DNA of 64,000 nucleotides, from the NCBI GenBank assembly GCA_028534125.1, contig CM052821.1, positions 56,730,001-56,794,000 of the forward strand. Reading direction: 5' to 3'. How positions within the stretch are numbered: the stretch's first letter is position 1; every line of letters starts with the position of its first letter. The notes under the pieces are model-generated. The model was not told where the DNA came from and did not search any database. It worked only from the letters and a program-made list of their open reading frames with translations. Made by a program: the position numbers and the translations under genes. Origin of the DNA: Lama glama. Lineage: Eukaryota. This document shows, piece by piece, positions 1 through 12,434 of the stretch.

Positions 1-650
1 GCGGGGCGCGGCAGTGCCGGGAAGGGGGCGGCGCCGGAAGTTTCGGCCGGGCTTTCTCCGCGGGAGGGGCCGAGGGACCGTGGTGCCGGAGGGGACGGGG
101 TGGGGGGCCGTCGTCCCGCGCGGCGTGTCCAGGGTGGGGTGGCCGGAAAGGCCGGGGGCCGCCCGCGCCTCTCCCCCCGCCCCGGCCCCTCCCCGCCGCG
201 CCCGGGCCCCGGGGCCCCCTCCCCCACTCCCGGAGCAGCGGGGATGCGGCGGGGATGACGCCGACGGTAAAGCCCAAGGTTTCGGGACGTAGGCGCGGCG
301 CGTGCGCGGTGGGCCACGACCTTCTTGGAAAGCGCTTGGCGCCAGGTGGCCGCGGGCGGGATGCGCGCGCTCCCCTTTACGTCATCGCAGGGGGTTCCCG
401 AAGGAAACAGGCCTGGCGGAAGCGGGCGGGTGAATGAGATGCGAGGTCGAGGGTGGGCGGAAAGCAGGCCGCCCCCCACGTCCGCCGGGTGAGGGCGGCG
501 GCGCGGAGTCTCAGCTCCGGAAGGATCCGGCGCTGGGGCCCCAGGGCTCTGGCCTGATGTGCGCAGGGGACCCGCACTTGCTCGCTGGGGCGTGAAGGTG
601 TCTGTCCCTGGCGCCGAGGTTTTGTGCCCATTCCGTCCCACACGTCCTTC
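1..650. promoter_or_regulatory. Orphan CpG island ~22 kb upstream of PIM3, truncated by the window start
   Basis: Dense CpG; ETS CCGGAAGT 34-41, STAT-type TTCTTGGAA 322-330, CRE-like TTACGTCA 377-384; no recognisable coding exon. Confidence 0.7.
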
Positions 651-3600
651 ACCCCCTCCTGCCTGTGCCAAGGGTGGTCTCAGCAGGGTCTGAGCCCCCT
701 CAGCTTCCCCCTCCCCGGGGAAGCACGGCCTTGCCCATGGGCCCCTGGACCACAGCCCACCCTCCCAGTGGGAGCCTGGTGGCACCTCTTACTGGGCTCA
801 GGGAGAGGAGGGTAGCAGCCCCTGGAACCCCGCGGGGCTGGAGGTAGGGGGGGTGCCTCTGTGGGGGTCAGCTCTGATCTGTTTACCAGGAGCTGACCAT
901 CCTTTGTAGTTTCAGAAAACGGTCAAAGAGAATAAACCTCAGACAGCGGGGTGACCGCCAGCCCCCCATCCCTTGGACGAATCTGATCCCCCGTGTATTG
1001 CCCCCACACATGTCCTGCTGGAAGCCCAGTGGGCCTGCCAGGTCAGCTGGGACCCTGTGTCAAATCCACTTCTGGTCATGGACTAGGAATGAAGTGCTCC
1101 TTGGGGGTGAGACCCCCACGATCCCTTTTCACCCCTCCTCCACGGTCTCCCGTCTGATGCCAGGCGTGGGGGCTGATCTGAGCACCCCTCCTCCACCTTG
1201 GGTCCCTCCGTCTAGCCCTGCCCCCTCCCACCTCCCACTCTCCGTCATCAGCACATCCGTCCTTAGGGTGAATGGTGGCTGGCAGTTGCCCCCCCCCCCG
1301 GGGAGAGCAGGGCAGGAGGCACCAGCCAGAGACCCCCCAGCCTACTGCCCCAGGTGAACTGCACGCAGATCCTGGCTCAGCTGCTGACAGATAACAGTGG
1401 CCCTTGTCCAGCCTCGGGGTGGGGGCTGGGGTACCAGCCCCGGGTGTCTCGGGCAGATAATGGCACCCGCCCCCCCCACCCTCAGGCATATTGTCCATTC
1501 ACTCTCCATCCTCACTATTAATAGCTTCTCTCCTCAGTGGAGCCGCTATAAATAGTCCCCCAGCCCCTCACACAGGCCTGTTCTGGCGCCTGCTGCCCAG
1601 GCACACACAATCACCCACACACGCCTGCACACTGGCCCACTCAGAGCCGCACGCCCGGGCACTGAGCCCACGCCTGCCCCGCTCCGTGGCCGGGCGCGCA
1701 GAGGGCTGTACACGGCCCAGCTGCCCTCAGCAGAGGCCATCCCTGCGCCCCTCAGGGGTCCTCCCCGAGCCAGAGCCAGGCAGGGGTGTTGTTTCCATCC
1801 CCGTTGCTGCCTCTCCTGTCTCTCCCTGAGGCCACCCAGCCAAGGGGCCTGGAGCAGGCATTCTGGCCCGTGCCCCCTTCTCAGGATGCAGACACACCCG
1901 GGCTGCTCCTGGGGGCTGTACTCGGGGCTTTGGTGCCAGGGGCAGAGACTCCCTGCACCTTAAGCTTTCTCAGCTGGGGAGCGAGCACCATGTGCCCACC
2001 TGGCTGCACGCCCAGGGGCTGCTCCCCCAGCCCACTTGGTGGGGGAGCCACCTGGAGGCGGGGCCTGGCCCCTGCTGTCCCCTCTCAGGAGACCCAGCCC
2101 TGTGTGCACTCAGCGCTGGCTCTCTGCTCCCAGTGCTGCTGGGTCAGGCCCTGAGGCTCACAGGCCCTGCCTTCCCCCAAGGGGTGCAGGCCCCACCCAG
2201 CCCCCACCCACCCTGACTCCCTGGTTCTCGTGGACCCCAAAGCTGGGCTGGCCTCCCGCCTGTCCCAGGGGGTGGGCGCCACTGAATTCCTGTCCTCTGC
2301 TTGTCCTAGGGGCCTCATCAAAAGTAGCCATGCCGTGACCCCCATTCCCACAGTGGCAGGATGGCCCCTGACCCGGGGAGCTTCCCCTACAGGACCCCGT
2401 GGCTGTTGGTGCCGGTGGCCGGGATGGGGGGCTTGGAGATCACTGTTATTGTGCCAAGAGGAGAAAGAAAACAACCCTGTTTACGGAAAAGGCACGTCCG
2501 CTGCTGCTGGCCCACAGCCTCCCTAGGGGACAGAGGCCCTTTGTTAGGAAAACAGGAAGCGAGGATTTCCAGGACCCGTCGGGCCACCCGCCGGCCACCC
2601 GCCTAGTTTCCGCCAATTCTCAGCAGTTTCTGCCTGTCGCCAGCTGCCTGTCTGTCCATCTCCTTGTCTGCACGTCCCTCTGAGCTCCAGGCTCAGAGGC
2701 TTGCAGCTTTGGGGCAAAGCTACTGCCATCCCAGCTCCACAGGCAGGGGTGGGGGGTAATCACCTAGAGGTGGCTCTCCCCTGCACCGTGTGCCCTGGTC
2801 ACCCAGGGGCAGACACCCAGAAAGCACCCAGGTGCCTGGCTTCGGGCAGAGCTGGAAACACTGACCAGCCAGGCCCTCAGAGTGCTGGAGTCACAGACTC
2901 GTGTGGAAACCCACCGAGAGGTCAGCCCCGCCTGTTGGCCCGCCACGAGCCAGGAAACACATGTGTGGGTGGGGGCTTTGTTAGGTCACGACCACCAGGA
3001 GCACCCCTGGGGGCAGCCCTGGACCGAAGGCCCAAGGGGCACGGAGAAGGGGGGCGGGGGAACTAGAGGGCTGAGGGGGAGGCTGAGACAGCCTGAGACC
3101 CCCTCCTGCCCCCATACCCTGCCCCTCCCCGTCCCAGGCCAGGTGGGATCGTGGGGTCAGCAGTCACCTGGCTGCACAGGCCAACGTCCAGCCAGGGGCT
3201 CACCAGCTACTCGCTAGTTGTCCCCACCCCAGCGTGGGCACATGTGCACGCCTGTGTGCTCACCTGTACATATGCGCACATGCAATCACACGTGTTCTTG
3301 CGTACACACATGCACAGGCATAAACATGTGGGCGCTGATTGTCAGCACAGTCACCATGTCCCCATGTGCAGGACGTCACCAGCTGCACCCCCCACCCCTC
3401 CCCCAGCCGACATCTGCTAGGGGAGATGGATGAGGCCCAGTTGGCTCCCCCACCTCTTGGGCACTGGCCCCTGGCTGGCTTGCGGGGTGGCCCTGCCTGG
3501 TGCAGCTGGGAGGTGCCACAGGGTGCCTGGTGCTGGCGGGAGCTGGGCCAGCACTGCTAGGGTGACCGTTCCCCACCCCCACCCAGCAGGAAACCACCCC

Positions 3601-6600
3601 TCCCCCTGCCTGGGCTTCTCTGATTCTGAGTGGCCTCTGCTTCATGCCCTGTCCATCCAACTCGGTTGCACCGTGGCCTCAGCCCTGCGGGGCGGGTGTG
3701 GGGCAGGCACCGGAAGGCCAAGGGACCAGTGTCCAGGGGAAGTCAGAGAAAGGAGGTCCAGGGCACAGCAGGCCGGGCGGGCCCTGGGGCCCTGCTTCTC
3801 TGGCGGGTGTCCGATACCCCTGGGGCAACCCAGCGGCCGCCCCTGTGTCTGCCTGTCCTCTCCTCTGTCCCCATGCCCACCTGTGTCCCTGAAGGTGGGC
3901 AAAACACAGTGCTGTCCAAAGGGGGATGGCTCTGGCCAGGCCTGGCCGGTCAGCCCCTGTCCCTCCACATCCTGATGTGGCATCATCCTCAGGCTGCTGG
4001 TGGGAGAGCTTGGCCCCCATCAAAGCAGTTCTGAGTTTTCTGCTCTTTCTTTTGTTCAACCATCAATCACAAGGTAAAGGAGCCGAGCTGGCCCATGTCC
4101 CACCCTGGACTGGGAGGGGGGACTGAGACCTGGAGAGTGACCTCCCGAGCTCACAGGCAGCTGGACGCCAGTGACTCCCAGGGCCCCGATGCTGGGTGTG
4201 CAGCGGCTCGGAGGGGCTGTAAGAGCAGAAAGGGAGGCAAGAACTCCCCAACACCCTGACCAAGTGGCCTTCGGCCCAGCTCTGGCCCCGGCACAGGGAG
4301 CTCAGTCAGGGCTGAAGGACAGTGTGGGATGCAGAGGACAGCTGGGTCTCCTGGGGCTGAAGACCCCTCCAGGAGACTCTTGCCCTCTGCTGCCCACCTT
4401 TGTCTTCGGGGAGTGCCAGGGGCCAGGGAGGCCTGGCGGAGGTGAGGGAGGGGCTGCCTGGGTAGGGACCACTGGGTGGGGGCAAGGCGACAGTCAATGC
4501 CAGACCGCGGGCAGTATGGCCGGCCTAGCGCAGGGCCAGGCCCGCAAAAGCAGCACGCAGAGCAGAGCTGGTGGGAGGAGTTGGGGCAGATCCGGGGGGA
4601 CTTGGCTTCTCGCCTGGGTCGGAGAGCCGGGTGGGCTGTGTGCAAGGGGCCGCGATCTGACCGAGGTTAAGCAGATCCTTCTGCTGCGCGGTGTGGGGGA
4701 GAGGCCGCTGTGGAACTCCCACAGCCCGGGTCAGGGGGCCAGGTTCCGGGTGGGGTCTTTGTCTGGTTCTGCTGCTCGTGGTCTGGGTCCAGTGTCATGG
4801 CCCCTGTGTCCAGGCCTCGGCGTGCTGCCATGGGTGTGTCCTCCGCGGGCTGATAGTCCACAGCCTGCCGAGGACCCCTGGAGGAGGCGCCTTGGCCAGA
4901 CAATGGGGGAGAAATGCAGGCACCGGGGGCCTGGCTTCAGTGCCTGCTTCAAGGATGCCTCCGCTGGAAGCTCAAGTCAGGGGATTTGTGTGTCCACATG
5001 TCCATCTGTCCTTGAGTCCGTATTTCCAAGTGTCTGTATGTCCATGTGCCCGTCTATCCCTCCGCCCGGCCATCTGCAATTCTAAAGACCCATTGGCTCT
5101 CCAGAAAGTTTTGTTTAATGGTAAATAAAGGAATAAACCCACTTGTCTGTGCAGTCACTGCCACCCGACCCCACCCCGCGACCTGACCGTGGTCCTGAAG
5201 TGCGCTCCCAGGAAAGAACTACTTACTTAATGATGACTGAGTGGGCGAGTGACTGAGTGAGAGCGATGTGTTGGTCCAGTCCCCCCTCTGCTCACTGCTC
5301 ACCCAGTCCAAGCCCCAACCTACCCTCCTGAGCAACAGAGGTGTGTGCGGGAAGGAGAGATGTCCCCAGTGTTGCGTGTGTAGCTCCTGAAGCTAGGCAG
5401 CCATTGGACCCCTGCCTAGTGTGGCTGGGCCCAGGCTGGGCTCTGAGGGGTGTGGGGCGGCTCCTCGGGGACTCCTCTGCCCTGGTCCATGGGGTGGGTG
5501 ATGTGAGGGCCGGTCATCACCCACCAGAGTCCCCAGACTCCAAGTCAGCCTCACCTGCATTCGAGCCAGCTGTCACAGCCGGGGGAGGCAGGGAGGGCCA
5601 GTTCCTGCGTGGGGCCCAGGCTTCCACTGCGCACCCCCAGTGCAGGCCACAGGGGCACCCAAGATGGGGAGGCCAGCCACTCCCACCTGGAAGCAAGCAG
5701 GGCAGGGACACCCTTTGAGTGACTGGCAACTTTTTCTAAAAATCACCCTTGGGCGCCTGCTCCCCAGCCCCCACATCCAGAGCAGAGCCCCGGAAACAGC
5801 AGCCCGCTGTGGGCTGGTGAGTGGGTGGGGGCCATGTGGCTGGAGGGCCTCATGGCCTGTGGCTACCCGACCCCCAGACCCCCCTGCCCGCAGCGCTGTC
5901 CCCCACCCCTTTCCTGCCCCGAGTCTTCAGGAAAGGACCCACAGACATGTCAAGAAGGGAGGTTTTCTCCTTAATGAGGACCCCAGCCTTTGGGACACTC
6001 CGGCTGGTGACTCTTCCCTGACACAGAGTCTGGTCTTGGCAGTCACACTGCCTGCCGCCTCGAACATGGTGGCCACCTGCTCATCTGCTGCCCTCAAGCA
6101 GCCCGGCCGTGCTCCTCACTGTGTGCCCTGGAGAGACTGGCTTCCTTGAGCACCAAGATCTCCGACTCAGAGCTGTGGGGACTGGAACACAGGCTCCCCG
6201 GGGTGGAGGGACACTGGGAGCGACCACTCCAGCTCCCCTCCCTCGGGTCCTGGCACAGCACAACTCAGGTCCCATGCTCCAGCACCCAGGGCCTGCACTG
6301 TGACCCTGCCACCGTGAGGACACTGACATTCCAAGGGCTCTCAGTCCTGGGACCTTGCCATGTGAATGCCGGAGCCCTGACACAGCCCTGGAGCAGAGCT
6401 GGCCAGTGTGCATGGTCTGTTCCGTGGGAGAGCTGTGTCTGGTCCTCTTTCTTGATGGGGACAGAAAACAGTGCATTCACCAAACCCGGAGCCGCGGTCC
6501 CCTCACCAGAGGCTACAGCATTGCGCTCGCTCCCCCCAGACACCGCACCTGCGGCCGCCCGGTCACCACCAGGGCCACCCCAGTGACTAAACGGGGAAGA

Positions 6601-8149
6601 GGTGGAGACCACCACCTGCACCTCAGGGCTGCAGGGAGACATGTCTCTGTCCCACGCTGGTAGCTCTTCCCTCCTAGGCTGAGCACCTCGTGCAAGGGGT
6701 GTCCCGGTTCAGTGCATCCACGCCTGCTGTGCACTCAGGGACTGGAGAAGTGGCCACTGTGGCCCATGGGTCACCTGCCTTCACAGGACCCATCACCTGA
6801 CCCCACGTGCCCCAGCTCTAGCAGGATCATGACGTTCCGCCAGGTGCCGATGCCAGCGCAGACCCAACGCTGTGTCCTCTCCCCAGGGCGCTGTGCGGGG
6901 TCCTGCTGTGCCATCCCCTCAGCGCGGGCCACTCCTCCAGTTGCTGGGTCACCATGGTGTTGCCCAGTGACGGGCTGGGAGCTGCCAGAGGCTTCAGCTG
7001 GGGGTGGAGCTGGCCATGGCGAGAGGCCATCAGGGAGGACAGGGCAGAGCAGTGGGAGGACCAGATTTAGTCATCCAGGCCCCTGGCTGCACTGCCAGGG
7101 TGGAGGCAGGGAGGGCTGTGAGGAGGGGCACTGGGGTCTTCCAGGTGAGGCAGGACAGTGACAGGGGCCAGGGGTGGGTGGTGAGCACTGGCAGATTCTG
7201 CACGCCCTGTGCCTCCCCTCCCCTCCAGGGTGGACCTGGCTGCTCTGGAACCTCCCCGTGGAGAGGCCCACGTGTGCGGAGCTGCAAGAGGCTGGAGCAG
7301 TCACAGGGTTCCCACCCTGGCCAACCCTTCCCGTGAGACCACAGCCCCACTCAGCACCATGACGCAGAGGAAATGGCCCTGCCACGCCTGGATTCCAGAC
7401 CCACAGAGGCCAGGAGACAATGAACCCATGTCGATTTAAGCCATGAGGGTTTGGGGTAATCTGCTACCTGACAAAAGATGACCCACACAGTTGAGGGTGG
7501 AGCCAGCTGTGGGTGAGAGAGAAGCCCAGGGCGCCCAGAAAGGGAAGGGAGCCTGGCTGTCAGGGCCCTTGGCCAGCCGGGCCGGCCGGTAGGGGAGATC
7601 CAGACAGGCGTGTCAGATGAGCGGTGAAGCCACAGAGGTCGCTGTTGGACCCTGTGGAGGGAAACATGATGGGGCGGGGGCTGTGAAGGGTGCAGAGCAC
7701 GGGGAGGTGGGTCAGGGATGGGGAGAGAGGGAGACGGAGCAGCAGGAGGGCAGCTGGGAGGGTGCTTCTCCCGCCACATCCACTGCCCCAGTGGAAGGGA
7801 GTGGCCATGAGAGGGTCCAAGGGGGAAAGAGGCAGGTTGGTGGGGGCCGGGATTCTGGGCTGGGCGAGGAAGAAGGAGAGGGAGGGAGGGAAGGAGGGGG
7901 TGTCTGGGAGTGAAAAGATGCAAACCAAGACCACCCTGAGCTCCCACTCACGCCCACCAGGATGGGTGTCACCAAAAATCAAAACGAACCAAGCAGTACG
8001 TGGCCAAGATGTGGTAAACTTGTACCCTGTGGCTGCTGAGGGGAATGTGACTGGTGGAAAACACAGTGGATGTGCCCCAGGATGCTGGGCTTGCGTCCCC
8101 TGCGACCCAGGCCCCGTCCTTGGGTGTCGGCTTGAAAGAGCTGAACACG

Positions 8150-8630
8150 GGGGGCCCCGACCGCCATCCACACGCCCAGGTTCATGGCAGTGTATTCCCA
8201 GGACACAAAGGGGCCTGTGTGTCCACCACCTGACGAATGCAGAGTTTGGTCCACCCAGACAGTGGCCTTAAAGGAGGGGATCCCGACACAGCATGGCAGA
8301 TGCTACGATGTGGATGGACTTTGAGGACACTGTGCTGAGCGAAGCAAGCCAGTCACAAAGGGGAAGTACTGCCCGATCGACTCCTTCTAGGTGCCCGGAG
8401 AAGTCAGATTCAGAGGCAGAGAGGAGCGGGTGGGTACCAGGGGCCGGGTGAGCAGGACTGAGTGTCCAACGCGGACCGAGGGTCAGTTTGGGAAGATGAG
8501 GAAGTTCTGGAGGGAATGATGGTGGTGGTCACACCACAACCCGAACGTACTTAATGCCACTGAGCTGTGCACTTAGTGGGTAAATGGCAAATTTTATATT
8601 ATGCACATGTTACCATGATGCAAAATAGAA
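8150..8630 (+). mobile_element. L1MB-like LINE-1 3' end remnant
   Basis: ggatggactttgaggacactgtgctgagcgaagcaagccagtcacaaa...gtacttaatgccactgagctgtgcactta...ggcaaattttatattatg. Confidence 0.75.
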
Positions 8631-9826
8631 ACAGCTGGGTTAGTCTGGTGCAGCGTTTCACTGTTCTGGTAGGAAAAAAACATACACTCCTCTCCCATGA
8701 GCTGCAGTGTGTGCCGTGAGGGCACGGCTCTCCAGTGACCTCACCCGGCTCGGTACACAGATAAAGGGTAACATTCACGGTGCTGATGTTTAAATTAAAT
8801 GTTCATTTACAACATTAAATAAATGAATAAAAATAGCACGACAAATCTGTGCACTTTTCTGCCTGTATGTTGCATTTAACAATTAAAATGTTAAAATATA
8901 TATCTATATACATATTTTAAAAGACATTTCCTGGGCATATCTCCCCGTCACCTCCCGAGGCCCCCAGCCCCAGGTCTGAGAACTCAGGGCGGCCCTGGGG
9001 CCCCCGGGGCCACCAGTCGGGTCTCTGATTGGCAGTCTGCACTCTAACAAGCTCCAGGACCTCCCCAAGGGCCCCTCCCGGCTGGTCTGAGTCGAGCTGC
9101 CTTTGGTGAGAGGAGCGATGTCGAGTGGCTCACCGCTGCCTGCTTACACTGACTGCACGATGAGGCCGCATGTCGGAGAGACCAGGGTAAATAACACTAA
9201 GTTTCATTTCCCCTGTTTCTTGCTGCTTTACTTGAGTTCTTGCTACTTTCGCCTGAGTTTGCTGTGTCTTGGGTGGCACTGGTCTAGAAGGCCCCTCCCC
9301 TTTTTTTCTTTTTCAAACAGCTCTGAGAGGGCCCGCTGCACAGCCTGGAGCTGGCGGGAGACTGGACCCAGTGCCAGCCCATCCTCCCCTCGGGTCCCCT
9401 CCCCACATCTGATCACACCCCAGCAGCCAGGCCCCTCCCTGTCCTGTCAACCTGGGCTTACCTTCACCTGCCCCTCAGCACCCCGCCCCGCCAGTTCCTC
9501 CCCACCTCGGTGTCCCCAGCGCTCCCACTCACCTTGCCCAGGCTACCCCCACCTTCCCACCTCCCCCAACCCAGCCTGGCCAGCTCTGGCCACCTCAAGC
9601 CCAACCCAGAAACTGGGGACCACAAATCTGGAAGCCCCGGGGGTCTGTTCAGAATTCCTCTCACCAGCCCCATGGGCCACAGGATGGGGACAAGTGCCCC
9701 ATTAGTGCAGAGGAGACAAGGCAGCCTGGCCCCGTACAGCTGAGCTGCAGAACCACCACCAGGGTGTAGGGATACGGGGCCTGGACGAGGTCTTCTAACA
9801 GATGAGGACGTGTGCTGAGCCGGCTA

Positions 9827-9891
9827 GGGCTAGACCCCAGCTTTGTGACCCAGATGGGGCTAGGCCCCAGCTTTGTGACCCGGATGGGGCT
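9827..9891. repeat. 30-bp tandem duplication (~2.2 copies)
   Basis: gggctag(a/g)ccccagctttgtgaccc(a/g)gatg x2 plus gggct. Confidence 0.9.
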
Positions 9892-10023
9892 GCCCCTATG
9901 AGTAGCAGGCTGTCTTCAGCTGGGGCCCTGGCATGCAAGGATGCCACGCTCGGGGTGGCTGTGCGTCCTGATGCAGGCAAGGTGCTGTGTGCCCGCACAG
10001 AGCAGGGGCAGGCCTGCCGGTCT

Positions 10024-10055
10024 GCGCGCACGCGCACACACGCGCGCGCACACAC
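10024..10055. repeat. Alternating purine-pyrimidine (GC/CA) tract
   Basis: gcgcgcacgcgcacacacgcgcgcgcacacac. Confidence 0.85.
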
Positions 10056-10689
10056 CCCAGCGCGGGAACGCTGGCTTCCTGGGCCCAGCAGCCTTCTAGG
10101 GAAGCTATTTGTCATGCAAATAACCTCAAATGCCCTCAAATGCCCTTTCCTGGGGCCTGTCCCCAACAAGTGGGTTTGAGAGCTGTTGCCTTTCTAGGGT
10201 GGGGCTTGGCCCCACTGGGTCCTGCAGCTGCCTCCCCTGCAGACCCAGACGGCCTGAGGTTTGACTTCCTCTGCAGCCCCCTGCCCAGCCCGACCCCCGC
10301 CCTTGGAAGCCCCAGTGCAGCCCTTTCCCTCCCAGCTTCCTGGAGCACGCTGGGGTGGGAGGGCCAGGCCTATTCTCTTTTCCAGGCTGCCTCCAGGGAT
10401 GTGAGCTGAGGGGGAGGCGTGCCCAGCAACGTGCCTAATCCCCAGCAGAGCCAGGACGCAGCCCACTCGCTGAGCCGGCCAGGGCTGTTTCCCTGCAGGG
10501 CGGGTGTGCCCCTCCCCCACCCCTGCCCATCCAGGGCACAGACTAGGGCGTCTAGGTGGCGGCCGGTGCCGGGGCTGGGTCCCTCTGCTGGGGTCGGTTG
10601 GCCTCTGGGTCCATTTGCCACGTGGAGCCAGGATGGCCAGGCCCTGGGACACTGGTTGAATGACAAAGCCCACCGCCCTCCCGGGAGAG

Positions 10690-11000
10690 ACTCCTGTCAG
10701 GGCCGGTGGGCCTCAAACGCCAGGCCCTGGTGGAGCGGGGAGTCGTGGTGAGCCCGGTGGACAGGGCTGCTCTGGCCGCTGGCACGTGCCCTGCGCCTGC
10801 TGCGCGCTCCCCGCTGCCCCGCGCCGCGACCTGCCTGTCCCGGGACGCCGTGTGCGGCAGGAACAGGGCGTGGGTCTGCTCAGGGTGCCGGGCGGCGGCC
10901 GCGCACCGCCAGACGAGAGCCCGTTGTGTCCCCAGGAGCCCCTGCCGCGACCCCCACTTCCCTCTGCTCCTGCCCCACACCGCGATCCCATCCCCACCAT
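10690..11000. promoter_or_regulatory. Small CpG-rich island upstream of PIM3
   Basis: Local CpG enrichment with CACGTG E-boxes at 10619 and 10783. Confidence 0.45.
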
Positions 11001-12391
11001 CCCTGGCCCCAGTCGCCTAGCACCCCCTGCTCTGTCCAGCCTCGCCCACCACCCATCCCTTCGCCCCAGCCTCTCCCCTGCTCCGCCCCCGCTACACCGC
11101 CCCGCCTCTAGCCCGGCCCCTAGTGCACCGCCACCACCCCGCACCGCCCAACAGCCCACCGACCCCCACTCCCCACTGCAGTCCCTGCCTTTATCACCCG
11201 CTGCCCTCTGGACCAGAGACCCAGGCATCACAGTCGCCAGAACAGACTCCGTGCTACTCCCGCTCCCCTCGTCCAGCCCAGGCTGGGCGTCCCCCAGGAC
11301 CCGGGACACTCCCACCGACCACCCCAGGCCTGCGTCAGGGTCCGGAGAGCAGAGCCCCTCAGGCTGCAGGGGACCAACTTTTCATCTGAGGGGGCCTGAG
11401 AATAGTGTAGGCCTGGGTTGCGGGAGAGTCCTGGGGAACAGGTGCAGGCCATGGGCACTGGCCACACTGCTGCCCGGAGCCATGGTGGTCCAGCTACATT
11501 GGCTGGTGGGAAGCCTGTGGGTGGCGGGCATCTGGGCTGCTGGACTTTCCAGGGGAGAGGGCTCTGCAGGCTGCAGGTCACAAAAGACATAGGCCACAGA
11601 TCAGGGCACGTGGGTCCACATGGGCCCTTTGAGGTCCTGACTCAGCACCCACGTGGGTCAGGCACATGGGACCAAGGCATCCTTGCACACAGGCACACAT
11701 GGCTTGCAGGTGTCTTGGCCATCCATGCGCATGCCTGGCCCCAGCACAGCCGCAGGTCCCGTCCCTGCCCACACAGACGCCCACACCTCTCCAGCCCTGC
11801 AGGCTGGTGTAGGGGCTCACACAGAGGGCTCTCCCAGTGCCCCTTGGACAAACTGCGGGGCAGGGAGTCAGAAGAGGCTGAGAGGGTTGCCCGTGGGCAA
11901 GGGTGACCAGGACGGCTCCAGTGACAAGTGGCAGTGGGTGTCCCCATCAACCGCAGGGGAGCCCGGAGAACAAGGTAGACATGGGGCTGGTCTGAGCTGC
12001 GGGGCTGATGAGGACCTGAGGGGTGACTTCGCACAGGTGCCCGGCCAGGCCTGCTCCCCAGGGAGCCTCGGCGCTGTGGAAGCCCATTCCAGGCCCTGGC
12101 TGCTGAGAGACAAGGCTGTGGAGAGCCTGAGGGCACAGCCAGTGCGTGCCACTGGTGGGAGGGCCCTGGGTGGCTCAAGGAGGGAGGGGTGGCCATGTCT
12201 CCACAGCCTCTTCCTGCTCCCCACCCTTACCCTAGCTGTGAGGCCCCTCTCTGTGCCAAGTCTAGCAAGGGCCTGGGGTGGGCGGTACTGCCCAGCTCAC
12301 GCAGACTGGGGCAGGCGAGGGGGAGGACAGTATCCTTGCAGGCTTGGCCCACACAGGCCAAGAACTGGCCATGTAGAACCGGTCTGACCAG

Positions 12392-12434
12392 GTATGTGCG
12401 CGCGCGCGCGTGTGTGTGTGTGTGTGTGTGTGTG
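12392..12434. repeat. (CG)n(TG)n compound microsatellite
   Basis: gtatgtgcgcgcgcgcgcgtgtgtg... Confidence 0.9.

Noticed and set aside
4171-5085. 304-aa ORF followed by AATAAA x2 (~5125-5137)
   Set aside because: Non-ATG start, G/P/R/S-biased composition and no recognisable homology. A lncRNA 3' end cannot be excluded but is unsupported.
10660-11592. 310-aa ORF
   Set aside because: Pro/Ser-rich translation of C-rich regulatory DNA; no family resemblance.
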